A program made the translations under genes and the position numbers. 64,000 nt of DNA, taken from NCBI GenBank assembly GCA_002269645.1, contig NIVC01002197.1, positions 1 through 64,000 on the forward strand. Direction: 5' to 3'. Each line of letters opens with the position of its first letter. Position 1 is the first letter of the stretch. The notes beneath the pieces are model-generated. The model was not told the DNA's origin and searched no databases. It saw nothing but the letters and a program-made list of their open reading frames with translations. Positions 13,301 through 24,654 of the stretch are shown here, one piece after another. This DNA is from Macrostomum lignano (taxonomy: Eukaryota).

Positions 13301-14463
13301 TCCTATTCAGATACTTAAACGAGAGTCAGAATCCTCAGATCCCATTCAGACACTTAGGTGAGGCTCAGATCCCATTCAGACACTTAGGTGAGGCTCAGAT
13401 CCCATTCAGATACTTTGGTGAGGCTCAGATCCCATTCAGATACTTTGGTGAGGCTCAGATCCCATTCAGATACTTTGGTGAGGCTCAGATCCCATTCAGA
13501 TACTTAGGTGAGGCTCAGATCCCATTCAGATACTTTGGTGAGGCTCAGATGCCATTCAGATACTTAGGTGAGGCTCAGATCCCATTCAGATACTTTGGTG
13601 AGGCTCAGATCCCATTCAGATACTTAGGCGAGGCTCAGATCCCATTCAGATACTTTGGTGAGGCTCAGATCCCATTCAGATACTTAGGTGAGGCTCAGAT
13701 CCCATTCAGATACTTAGGTGAGGCTCAGATCCCATTCAGATACTTAGGTGAGGCTCAGATCCCATTCAGATACTTAGGTGAGGCTCAGATCCCATTCAGA
13801 TACTTAGGTGAGGCTCAGATCCCATTCAGATACTTAGGTGAGGCTCAGATGCCATTCAGGTACTTAGGTTTTGTTTGTTCTTCCTTGGTTGGGATACACG
13901 AGCCTTGCGGTCATTTCTTATCCCAGGTAACCCCATTGGAACCGCCTGCCGGATTCCTGGACCGGCTCGACTCCAGCTTAATTCTGCTGTACTCCGGCAG
14001 CACCAGACTGGCTCGCAACCTGCTGCAAGAAGCTGTTCGCTCCTGGCACTGCCGCGACGCATCAGTTGTGAGCATCATCGCCGGCCTGGTTGACGACGCT
14101 GAATGCGTTGCCAAGGCTTTAGAGCTGGGCGATTTATCGTTAATCTGCCAGTGCATCCGGAGGTACCGCGGTCGGAAGCTGGCGATGGCGCCTGGCAGCG
14201 AGTCGGCGCAGTTGACCTCACTGCTGGACCGACTGGAGAACTTAGGTGCAACCGACAGCGATGGGTCAACCGCTAACGTCGGAGTGTCTTCGGCTGCGAT
14301 TCTCTGCGGCGCTGGCGGCGGTGGCTTCTTGGCGGCTCTGCTGCCGCCGGCGGCCAGGAATCGACTGTTGGCCGAGGCGGCCTCTGACGGCATCCTGCCG
14401 GGCAGCGGCGGCGCGCGGCTGCACACCGTCCGGGTGGCTCGGGATGGGCTGGAGTTCGTTTGA
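1376..14463 (+). CDS. FCSK: L-fucose kinase (fucose salvage; N-terminal fucokinase/pyrophosphorylase-like region + C-terminal GHMP kinase), 8 coding exons identified
   Basis: Exons 1376-1712, 1980-2236, 2956-3793, 4121-4368, 10291-10687, 11338-11580, 12051-12748, 13927-14463. All junctions are GT..AG and phase-consistent (sum 3555 nt = 1185 codons incl. stop). Motifs match metazoan FCSK as I recall it: DPAPCIGSGGATLNAL, GVWVCGTDF, GGLRSGPA, RAARHYE, CPARIDLSGGWSDTPP, PAGSGLGTSS (GHMP), TGGGWQDQVGG, TRLARNLLQ, CGAGGGGF. Start codon uncertain: a small upstream exon 1138-1158 (MNAKNFL|gtatgc) fits in phase 0. Confidence 0.93.
1817..1915 (+). repeat. Degenerate ~22-bp tandem repeat (catgactgtcactggatgc), ~4.5 copies, FCSK intron 1
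   Basis: Direct inspection. Confidence 0.75.
2281..2678 (+). mobile_element. tRNA-derived SINE, copy 1, with 7 tandem copies of its 19-bp 5' head
   Basis: A box TAGCCTAGTGG, B-box-like GGTTCGCTTCC, central GTGTCCTTGAGCAAAGCGCTTAACTCTGCATTGCTTCAGT..AAAATGGGT resembling CORE/V-type SINE domains, (TAT)n tail. Homologous to the minus-strand copy at 58770-59077. Confidence 0.85.
3894..3965 (+). other. Short dispersed structured element, copy 1 of 3
   Basis: GTGTACA(3895-3901)..TGTACAC(3930-3936) stem enclosing CTGGC-loop-GTCAG, followed by GGGGGCTTGGCCCCAAGC; alignable to 14917-14990 and 45077-45145. Confidence 0.7.
4760..5142 (+). repeat. 31-bp minisatellite (gcgtcatagtatcacagagctgacaaccatt), ~12 copies, with degenerate units from ~4665; FCSK intron 4
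   Basis: Direct inspection. Confidence 0.95.
5431..6300 (-). mobile_element. Decayed 3' part of an RNase H-encoding non-LTR retrotransposon (LOA/R1/I-like), 5'-truncated and frameshifted
   Basis: Minus-strand frames give FTDGSR (~6164-6181; RNase H first Asp), STVFQNEV (AE motif), RTVLNCIGQLNRVG, SLRWIP, then ALSGHGCF...CLFCLSGVENAEHFICECPAF (C-terminal CCHC knuckle typical of these LINEs). Confidence 0.85.
7598..8722 (-). CDS. Intronless rhodopsin-class (class A) peptide-receptor-like GPCR, probably flatworm PROF1/Rho-L-type orphan
   Basis: 374-aa ORF with 7 hydrophobic segments: TM1 IGAIGNSLV, TM2 IAIADT, ECL1 FLTKGLSWITRGKF..ACKISRY, TM3 TDRV (DRY variant), TM6 FLLTLP, TM7 VNQCVNFFVLY. 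Family subclass is recalled, not searched. Confidence 0.88.
   Translation of the reverse strand: MQADNLHTKNESKKLIRFGFVESAMQIVRDCESGDPSRHLYCILSHVIGSISAILLPIIIVIGAIGNSLVAHAMLRRLRPLSRQNLYLGCIAIADTISLVVIGIFNGFLTKGLSWITRGKFGFFSYNLNDVACKISRYAMNFCHALSCMWLLVLVTDRVLVVRRPLMMRKVGIKWAVRALIASFVLAAMIALPNGILVGHETVHMPGGIVLIYCYHSKQTQLLMLAYTTVMSNPPLIFIVLMLGLNVFLLYEVTSAVKKRKLLYSNTSNNSTGNGSAQKLNGTMLVLILSIIYFLLTLPLMIMRPVMEISIYLLDIAENLDYLVLITNLAYTSLTLALVNQCVNFFVLYKRSAAFRHCLKSFSNGTIKADSKSG
10706..11330 (+). repeat. Two adjacent related minisatellites: 45-bp x7 (10706-11020) then 33-bp x~9 (11021-11330), FCSK intron 5
   Basis: Both units begin gcctgtcactc; the minus-strand ORF shows matching 15-aa and 11-aa periodicity. 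Confidence 0.95.
11660..12010 (+). repeat. 25-bp minisatellite (ttaatcctcattgataatccatatc), ~13 copies, FCSK intron 6
   Basis: Direct inspection. Confidence 0.92.
12854..13869 (+). repeat. 30-bp minisatellite (tacttaggtgaggctcagatcccattcaga), ~33 copies, FCSK intron 7
   Basis: Direct inspection; 10-aa periodic ORF PFRYLGEAQI. Confidence 0.96.
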
Positions 14464-14916
14464 CGGCAGAGACGGATTGGAAATTGATAATTGTCGGAGA
14501 ATTGCTTGCGGCGTGGACACTGTTGGGACAGGGGTGGGTAGAAGAGTGGATTGTGTTCTGACAGACTGGAGTACATCTCAACGATTCTCCCCATGAGCCA
14601 CAGCATTTCGGAATCTGTGGTCATCCAGGCCACTATGGAAGAACTGCAGAGCGTTAAATCCTACAAGGCTACAGTAAACCACTTCGCTGACCTCTGGGAA
14701 CGCAAACCCACAAAGTGCGCATGCACACAATCCCGAAGGGTGAATAGCAGCCCTGTTTAGTTTAGCTAGAGGCAGGGGGCTGTGTGCACCCTGGCGCACT
14801 TTAAGCGACATTGTCACACAACCGACGAGAGGCATTACTGCCCACTCCACCGGTTCCCCTGAGCAGGCGCACAAGCGAGCGGATATGTACATGCGCAGGC
14901 ACACACTCACACAGGA

Positions 14917-14990
14917 GTGTACAGCGGCCCTAACTTTATTTATCGTTAGGCATGTACACTTCACTGTGCCTTGGGGGTTGGCCCTCAAGC
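14917..14990 (+). other. Short dispersed structured element, copy 2 of 3 (just 3' of the FCSK stop)
   Basis: GTGTACA..CCTAAC-tttatttatc-GTTAGG..TGTACAC..GGGGGTTGGCCCTCAAGC. Confidence 0.7.
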
Positions 14991-17439
14991 TGGACGTTAA
15001 TTGCACGAGCAGAGCCAAGCCGAGATTCCAATTTAGCCCCAAATCAATGTGACTCCACTTGGAATCGAGCCTGGGCCGCTGGCACATCAGAGCGCCGCGC
15101 TGGACCATTGGGCTACTGCCCCTTAGACTGAGGGTAGCTGATACAGGGATAAAGGGTCGGTAAGCGATAGTGCGCGGTAGAGTATACGAAATAAGTGACT
15201 TTTTATGCTTCATATTTTAACAATACCGTAAGTCCGTTGAACCTGCGAGCGTATGATAAGTAATTTTATCGCAAATTCGGTATCTTCGCATCATATAATT
15301 CCAATGTGATGAATTCAATTAGTTAAATTTATTATTATGAGTTGCTTTGTTGTTCGCGTGCACGTGACCTTTTCTTTGCTCGCCAGGCTAAGGCCTTCTC
15401 GTGTGTGCATAGCGCGTTGTACGCGGTCGATGGAACGTTCCCCGTAGATCTGTGCATTGCAGGTTGCTCTAAGTCAAATATATAAACACTGGGTAAAGAG
15501 TGATAATTTAACAAGGTTTCATTGTTTCTGCCAACTAAAGCTGAGTCTTTACATTTAAATTTACATTTACTTTAGATTTACATTTATTCCCTTTTGCTTT
15601 TACTTTGCTGATATTACCGATAATGCTATGCTATTTACATTAGAGATTTAATTTGTTTTTTTGTCTGATAAATGTCAATGAAATTGTTATGATTGTTGCT
15701 CTGATCTTGTTATTAAAAATTACTTCAAACTTTATTATTGCCTCAAGATGCCAAACAATATACTATTTTGTAAAATTTAAATTTTCTCAAGCACTTTTTA
15801 CAAGAATCTGAGTAGGCATTATAAAATTAAAATCCGTTTCGAAGTGCTTAATTTAGTGTGATTAATGCATTTAATGCATTTTTTATGCTGCTGGTCGATA
15901 ATGCAATCAAAAACGGTGCTCTTATCTATCCATTGTCACACGATTTAGAAGTGCAAAAGCATCTACAACAAAAAATGGTTTGTCCGTAAGTATCACGGAT
16001 CGTGATCGCGTATTGGCTAGAGTTATCTGATGCACTAGAAATATATATCGTCATTATCATCTAAGGTGAATAACCTATTTAATGACTTTTTCGATTGATC
16101 AAGAAAATCCAAGTGACTTAAGAAACAAAGAAGAATTTTACACACGACATGGAAAAAATCAGCTTCTCGATAATACAACTCGTACCTTATCGACAGAGAG
16201 AACGAACTGCTCGTTTCTCTGACAATTTCGAGCAGTTTCGTATTTCATTGCCTAGATAACGGTGATAAACAGGAGTCCTCTTAAGCTACGAAAGCACTTC
16301 TCAGCTTTTTATCTGCGGAAAGCTTTCGATTCAACGTTTTCAAGATAAATTCATGCAAGGAACTCTAGACCACCCGAAGCAAATAGCAGAAACATTTGCC
16401 TTCTTAAGCTATACTTGAATTATATTTTCACTGCAATCTACGGGCCAAAAGGCTTTTGAGTTCATTCAATCAAAAAAGTCACATCAGCAGGCTTCCGAAG
16501 CACAAATTTCTTGGCTGCAAGCTTCTGCTTTCCATAGCCGAACTCTCCAGTAATTTGCTTCAGTACAACCTGACAATTTTTCCCATTTAGGCTTGCTGCA
16601 CCAACAGACCAAACAAAACTGAAGTTTGAGACGGTTTGTCGAAGTAAATGACTCCTACAGGACTCTGAGTTCAGCTCTGAATCGGCCACACATGCTAGAT
16701 CTGTCTTTGAACGGTAAAAGTTGGCACCATTTGCGTTAATAATCGAGTAATATCGAAAGGGCCACCGCTCTGGTGAACAATATCTGTCAAAAACATCCCT
16801 CTATTTCACAGTTTTTTGGATGTCATATAGAAACCGAGGCTTCGTACATTCTGGCCATTCTCAATGATTGCTTCAACGAGGGGTTTTCGGCAAACTTTTT
16901 TATCCCAAGGGCCAGATAGAGAGCCTAGAGAATGACTGCGGGCCTGAGAAGGGAAGAGTGGAGAGGGAATAAACAAGAGAGAAGGGAGATAAGAAACAAG
17001 AGAGGCGAGGAATAAAGGAAAAAAGAGGAGAGAGGAGATAGAAACTGATCAAGTCAATATAAATAGCTTTAGCTCTCAGTAGTGACAAAAGTTTATTAAA
17101 GTCAACCTTAGGTAAGAATACATTTAAAAAGCATCGCAGCATTGCATTTGGGTGGGTGACAGAGAATTGGCTTGCTCGAAAAGATAAAGAATGAGCAACG
17201 ATGTACATGTACACAAAGTACTCGTAAGCAAACCCTCACCACAAATAACCGACCCCAAGCACTGAACCCAGAGTCCACAGTCTGCAAATGATCAGTCAGT
17301 CAGAGTCAACAACAGAAACGATCGAGAGGAGAGAGGAGAGAGGAAGAGAGGAGAAAAGAGACGAGAGAAGACAGCTGAGAAGGGTATACAAACCTTGAGG
17401 ATTGCATATTGTGAAGCTCTCAAAGGACCCGCGGGCCGG

Positions 17440-19090
17440 ATAGAGGCTTTGCAATCAAGCCATCACAACTTTCTCTCACTGCATTCCCACCTGAGCCATT
17501 CTCCGTATCAGCATGCAGACTCATGACAACGCGGGCTAGCGCTGGAGTCAATGGGCTTTGACGAATTGACGATGACGATGACCGAGTTTGACGATGACGG
17601 CTTTGACGATTTTGCATTGATGCATCAGGTATCACAAACGAGAAGCAAAAGTGCAAACTAATTAGCTACACAGCAGGCCGATAGTCAAATCGCCGATAGC
17701 ATCCGCAAGGAGCTGCCAAGCCTGCAGCGACCATAAAGGCCGGACGGCCAAGTTACCCTCAGGCAGACGCTGGACATCCTAAAGACTGGATGTCCAGTCT
17801 TTCTCGCTGGAATCCCATCCCACCTGCGATGGACCCAAGGGCAAGATCTGCCACAGCTGCGGCAAGCCCAACAACCACCTCACTCTTGCCTGTCGTCAAC
17901 AGCTCTGTAGTCAAGCAGCAGCCGGACTCCAAAGATGGGACTTGGCACTAATTCTGTCTTTACAGCTGCAGACGGCTGCTTCAAAGAGGACGTGTTCGCG
18001 CTGTACAAACGAGACAAAAATACCCATCCGACGTCTCGCTGACTGTGCAAGTGGCAAACCGGCAGCTTCTTATGATGATTGACAACGGAACCAGCTGCAG
18101 CATCATGAGTCTCCGCAGCTTCAGAACGCTCAGCCTAGACATCCAAGTAGAGCGGCCAGAAAAATTGCGACCTTTCACGGGCTGACGGCATACTGGAGTG
18201 CCAGCCTGCATTCATGTTGGGAGTGCCGGCGATCCAGCGACCTCACTGAAGCTACCAAGCCGCAAAACATCAACGCCATCGAAGCATTATAGCGACCCCA
18301 TCCTGCACAGGCACAAAGTCTTCAACGGCATCGGCTGCATCAAGGGTGTAGAGGTCCAGGTCCAGCTGTCTGACGATGCTGTTCTGACGATGAGTCTGCC
18401 AGGCGCCCTCACGTGAGGCGGGCGCACCTGAAAGAGGCCGTAGTGGACGAACTCAGGGCGTTGGGCTTTGGAGGGAGCAGGGCATCATGCGCCTGGTTGC
18501 TGGCGTTGGATCCGCACGACACCATATCGAGCGACCGGTCGCGTACTGGCCGAGCTCCTCATATGGACGGGATGATTACCGACGGCATCCCGACCATCAA
18601 GCCAGCACAGCTCGTCGATGTCAACCATGAAAAGGTGAAGGGCTGGCACAGAAACTATGTCCAGGATATGAAGATGATCGCAAGGGTGTCAAGGAGCAAT
18701 ATGGCGTCAGAGTCGGCAACAGAGTTATGCTGAAGCAGCAACCACGTAACGAACTGCAGCTATCGTTCGAGCCACGTCCATGGATAGTCATGCAAGCAGG
18801 TCCAAATAGGCATGCGTGTGCCCTGGAGTGGCGAGCAGTCCCGCAGGCACCACGTTTTACAGCTGTGGCCTCTTGTCGAAATTGCTGCTGCTGCACCTGC
18901 CGACAAGCCCGCGGCCTACCCAGTGCACCGAGACGGCACGACTGCCCTTTGCTCCCATCTGATTCGACCGCGCAGCAGCGACTTCTAGAAGCAATTGCAA
19001 CCGCGCCAGCTGGAAGTTGCCTCATATCGAACCAAGTCTGCGTCATCTCGCGAGATCCTACACGAGCGTCAAAGATGCCAGACGCGAGTT
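17440..19090 (+). mobile_element. Degenerate, internally deleted Ty3/Gypsy LTR retrotransposon relic
   Basis: Gag knuckle CHSCGKPNNHLTLACR (17849-17896); aspartic protease LMMIDNGTSCSIMS (D at 18081); linker VFNGIGCIKGVEVQVQL and HLKEAVVDELRAL preceding RT; then directly integrase-C-terminal-like RTGRAPH... The RT/RNase H core is missing and LTRs were not identified. Confidence 0.8.
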
Positions 19091-22000
19091 AAAAAAGATG
19101 TGAGAGAAGCTAAATTGTACGGCCTTCATGTGCCAGATGCACTACTCGTTTCCACTAAGTAGGCAATTCATGGCATGCCATTAGCAAACTGTTGAATTAT
19201 TTATTTTAAATTTTAAATTCTCTTTTTAAGTTAATTTTAATTTGACCTCGATGTTTTTCTCCTGTGTTGTAATTGTCTAACGTTATTTGGGGTCCGCTTG
19301 CCCCATAATTCAAGCTGCTACTGTACATGAACATGTACATTGTATATTTCTTCGCCTGTACTCTAAAGGATATTCCGCTTGGTCCAGAATCAAAAGCTGC
19401 GAAGCCCAATTATGTTGTCCCGACCCGTTCTCTCTGTATAAACTGTTAGACTTCTCTGCACTTAACTTGTGCGAGGCCTGTTTTTCTGATTATATGTCCT
19501 CATCCCCTTTGAACTTGTAAGCTTCGCACTCTCTCATTGGGGCCCCTTTTATTGAGACCTGTTCCCCATTTAGCCGTGAAGTTCATGATCAGTGCAGTAA
19601 GAAAATTCTATCTCTTTAGTTCCTATCAGTGCATGTCTGGCACCAACCGGCGTACTGTAGACAGCTCTAGGCTTGAGTTTTCCCTTGTGCAACAAAACAG
19701 CAAGATGCTAGCCTTTTGTTAAATGTTAAACATCTTGTGCTGAATATCACCGCGCTCAATCTAAGGCCCTCGAGCTCTCTATTGTGCGTTTTTCGTGACT
19801 CTCGGAATACAGATCCGATGATCGAGCGCTTTGAAAGAAAATTTCTCACACTAGTTCTAGCTAACCACGTCTAAGGATTTTTCCTCGCTGGTTACTGCGG
19901 TGGTTGTAGCGACCTTACTGAAAGTAATACACCCGGCGATCAATATTACCACATTCAACTACATGCAACTCCGAATCGGATTGCACGAGCAATTCTTGTC
20001 TGCTTGGCATTCTAAAAGACAGCATCAACTTGACCACTCAGAAACAACCACAGCTACCCTCCCCTGAGGTTGTGAACCTCATCAGCAGCCTTGCTCCCAT
20101 CGCTCTCTAGTTTTGTTAAATCGACTTGGACTCACGGGAAATCCAGGCACCGATTCGAACGCAAGCCGAGAGCAAACTAACTTGGGTAGTTCTCAAATTA
20201 AGGTCATGATGTTTTGGTACAGAAAAAAAAGTTTTCGAATAAAGTAATTGTTTTGTGAAAAACGATTATTTCGTCAATTTAATTAAAAAACTGCCATTAA
20301 AACCACAAGAAACTAAACATTTCAGACGAAATCTAGCAATTTGTTATTTTTCGCAACGGAGAATAAAACGACCAAAAATCGTGAAATAGTGCAAGTTTTC
20401 TTTAATTTTTATGGTTAAGATGCATCTTTTATTCTATTTTTACTATTTAATAAGGATTATTTCAATAGAAAATGTTATTTTTAAATCAATATTTTGTTTT
20501 TTTCGTCTAAATTGCTTGTATTTAAAATTATCGCGTAACAAGAAACACCCGAAATAATTGTTATTGTACAACTCAAAGACTTGAATTATTGTACTTAGCA
20601 CCTAAATATGAAGCTCAAAATCTACAAAGATTGTTTCGCTAGAAATTAGGTTTACAAAATATGTCTTTTAATGCATTAAAAGTATTTTGAATTATAATAT
20701 ATATAGTAAATGAGCTAGGACGCCATTTCTTTTAAAACCTGAAATACATGTATCTTTTTTCGAACAGACTTGCGTTTTCTTTTGAAAAAAGAATTCAGCA
20801 AGCATTTATATTCTGCAACATAGCTTTTAATGCTATTTTACTATTTTACAATTTTCTTATGCAATTAGCTAGGCTGCACATAATAGAACAGCTTTATTAA
20901 TTTAAATTAAGTAGTTTGGGCTTGGTAAGTTAATTGGCCTATTACAGACGTCTGACTCGGCAGCCGCATGGATCACTGTGAACCTCCTTAATCGATTCTG
21001 GTCCTGCACTGTCATGCTCGGTGCAATTCGTCTCATTTGATAACCACCGATGCCTGCAGAACTGACCACATCCAAAGTACCACTGTACAATGATGCGAGA
21101 GGTGTGCGGTTTGCAGTGCTTTAGCCAATTGGGTCAGTAGAATTAATTAATCGATCACATTAGAATAAAAGTAGATGTCGTTTGCTGTAAAAAGTAGACG
21201 TCATATGTAACAAACCAATAGCAAGACATTATTAGATGTCTTTCCCTTCTACTGATGCTCGCATCAGCTGGCTGCCTCCACAGGCCACAGCTCATCACAT
21301 TCCCTGTTAATCGCCGCTCCAGTGCTGTCAGCCGCACTTAACTGTGTCCGGCCTCGGTAAATATAGAGTCAGTCCCAATGGAAAATCATCATCTAAAACA
21401 TATCTAAAGCGTAAGTCAATCGAAGAAGAATATAAATATATTATGTCTGTTATTATGGTGCTGCCATGACTTATCTGTTAAATACTTCAAAAATTCGTGT
21501 GGTAGCACTCTGTATAGATTCCATCTTTCTGTACCATATTTAATATTACATTGCCAGCACAATGGCAAGTTTTTTATTTTATTTTTTTCTTGTTAGTAAC
21601 TATGCATCAAAAGGTGGAAAGTATCAACTGAATGTTTAAGTTGCTACATGTCTATCTTTAATGAAGTGCAGCACATATGAGAATAAATTTAATGTTTAAA
21701 AGAAATTAATTTCTTGTGCTTCAGACAGCTAATTTCATTGATAATAAATCAGATACAAAATTGTTTTAATACTATTTTTTGACTAATCAAATCATGCAAT
21801 TGTTTTTATTATTCGTAAATCTTACTTTATTTTCAGTTTCTACTATGTACCTCTTGTTTTGACTAATTATGTTTACTTGTAACTTACACTACAAATTTTA
21901 AATCAGTTAAAATGTCTTTTCTGAGTGAAAACAACAAAAATTAACGACTGTTTCCAAGAGAAAAATAGTCGATTTTAGCTAAATAAATCAAATTCTGTTT

Positions 22001-24126
22001 GTTCTGACTAACATAGTGGGTGATCAATTGCAAAAATTCATCTAAATACATGAAAAAACATCCAAAAAACCTAACAATGTGCTGAGAAATTTTTTTTCTT
22101 AACTAGAGACAAAAAAGAGGTACTTTTTCTCATCCCACAGATGAAGGCTTTGAATTAAAATAATTTTGGTGCTACTTGCTTTGTTGTAGTCAGCTAAATC
22201 GCTCTTTGTTAGGTTAACTTTGTGCTATTGAAAAAAAACTTAAAATTGAATTAAATTAACTTTTCTGTTTTATTATAGAATGAAACTGCCTTAACTGACA
22301 CTTTAGTGTTAGATATGACTATCTTTCTTAAAAAACAGATTAACACGCAGCTAGTAGCCGATTCTATCAACAGAACAAATAAAATTAAAAGTGGATTTTT
22401 TATCATTCATAATGTTACGTTTCTAGCAAAAATCGAAATAGCAACATCTGCTTTGCAATCAAAAGAGTTAAATGGGTTTTAGGTTGTACTAACCAAAGAT
22501 ATAAATAACATTTATTAGTTTTCTTCTTTAATAAGACCACGTGAACAGAATGCAGCTTCTCTAAAGTGGGTATTATAGCTCGTGCGATAATAAAAATTAT
22601 ATCGAAAAATGAAATAGTGCACTCTGTTGAGATTGACATCAAAAGTTCAATGTGAAAAAAGATTAAGACCCATAAAAGGCGTTTATTTTTAAACTCTTTT
22701 TACAGCTAAAATGAGAAATGACTCAATATTTCAGGCTGAATTTTAAAAATATTTGTTTCACTGCTTACGACTAAACTTTGAGAACGACCCACTTTAATTA
22801 TAGATCCCTTCGAGTTTGAATTTTTTTCGCTTTTTAAAGAGAATGCCCATATAAAGTGCTTAGAAATATAAGGCATTTTTTTGTCCCACAATTTCAAATT
22901 TTAGTTTTGCTTTACGATGCCCAATAAAATAAGTGACTAGGGCCTAAAGTTATATCAAAAGATAGATCTATTTTGTTTGATGTTTGCATTTTTTAATTTA
23001 TATCATTATCAAACAAAAATAAATATCTTTAAAAACATATAGCCCAGGTGTGACTAAGAATGAAGGCTATATATTAACTTTTGTTGAATAATCATACAAA
23101 CATGGAAATTATGTATAGGTGACCATAGTTTAGAATCAATCCAACTTATTTTATAAAAATTATAATCTGCTAATCATATAAATATTAGAATTAGCCTTAG
23201 TATCATAGTACAAAAGTAGAAATATATCTTTAGATCAGAAAATATCAATTAGTATTCCAAAAAGAAAAATAAAGTCTTAATCAATATCAAATTTGCTTAT
23301 ATTTAGCAGTTTTTTGCTATTGGCAATTTGGCATTTTGTATAGTATATAAGCAAATGTTGAAATGTACCATTTTAAATTACATTTATCCTAAAATCAATT
23401 GCCATCTATTTGATGCTTATAATTTTAATCATTTAAATTGTAATCATGTAATAAATCCAAATATATTTAGGCTATATTTTTAAGTCACCAGTCAAATCAA
23501 ATATAAGTATTAATCATTTTAAAATGGCTTATAGGGTTGTCAGCCATTGTACTAAGGATTAAATAACAAAAGCCTTGACCCTCATGTATGGACAATCAGT
23601 AGGCTCACTATGCCAAGAATATTGCACTTAGTACAAAATTTTATAAAAGGGATACAGTGCAAATCTACAAATATTAAGACCAAATGCTAATGTCAACCTT
23701 GTAAATATTTGTACTATTGTTTTCCTTAAATCAGGGCTTAAAGCAATAATTTTGTCATCTTATTTCTTATTTTATTTTTATGTATTGGTATCTAAAATAT
23801 ATTCTAATGTCTCATTAGAAGCAGAGTAGAATTATTTAGTCTTTATTATTGACAACATGAACTTGGTTAGCAAGAAAGTTTCTAGCCAATAAATTTTGTA
23901 GCAAGGAAGGCACCAGCTTAGAATTTTAGTAGCTCAGGTTCAGGTAGACTCAGAGATGGCTGGAAATAGTGGGATGGGATAGGACAATTGAAAGTGGAGC
24001 AAGATAGAGACAAGAAAGAGAGGTTAGGCCTATTATAAAAGTATTTTGTAATCATTGAAGCAGCCCAAAATTATGCTCCTCTTGAATGTAACTTAGCTCT
24101 TTCTAAATGCAAATTAGCTCCTAGAT

Positions 24127-24556
24127 GTGATTGCAACTCAGCTCCCACTGAATGATTACAACTCAACTCCCTCTAGTTGCAACTCAGCTCCCTTTGATTG
24201 CAATGCAGCTCCCCTCTGATTGCAACTCAGCTCTCTCTGATTGCAACTCAGCTCCGTTTTATTGCAACTCAGCTCCCTCTGATTGCCACTCAGCTCTCTC
24301 TGATTGCCACTCAGCTCCCTCTGATTGCAACTCAGCTCTCTCTGATTGCCACTCAGCTCCCTCTGATTGCAACTCAGCTCTCTCTGATTGCAACTCAGCT
24401 CCGTTTTATTGCAACTCAGCTCCCTCTGATTGCCACTCAGCTCTCTCTGATTGCCACTCAGCTCCCTCTGATTGCAACTCAGCTCTCTCTGATTGCCACT
24501 CAGCTCTCTCTGATTGCAACTCAGCTCCTTTTGATTGCAACTCAGCTTCCTCTGAT
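24127..24556 (+). repeat. 21-bp minisatellite (ctctgattgcaactcagctct), ~20 copies, ~100 bp upstream of the CAPZB ATG
   Basis: Direct inspection. Confidence 0.95.
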
Positions 24557-24654
24557 TGCCATTGTTCTTTACTAACTAACTTTTTTATTCCAGCATATTT
24601 TAAAAGCACTAAATCTGAGTCATTAATATTGATAATAATCTATCAATAATAATA

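Noticed and set aside
14578-15213. 211-aa minus-strand ORF, and the 75-aa ORF at 16462-16689
   Set aside because: No recognisable motifs; the first overlaps the FCSK 3' region and the dispersed element, the second sits among stop-ridden frames.
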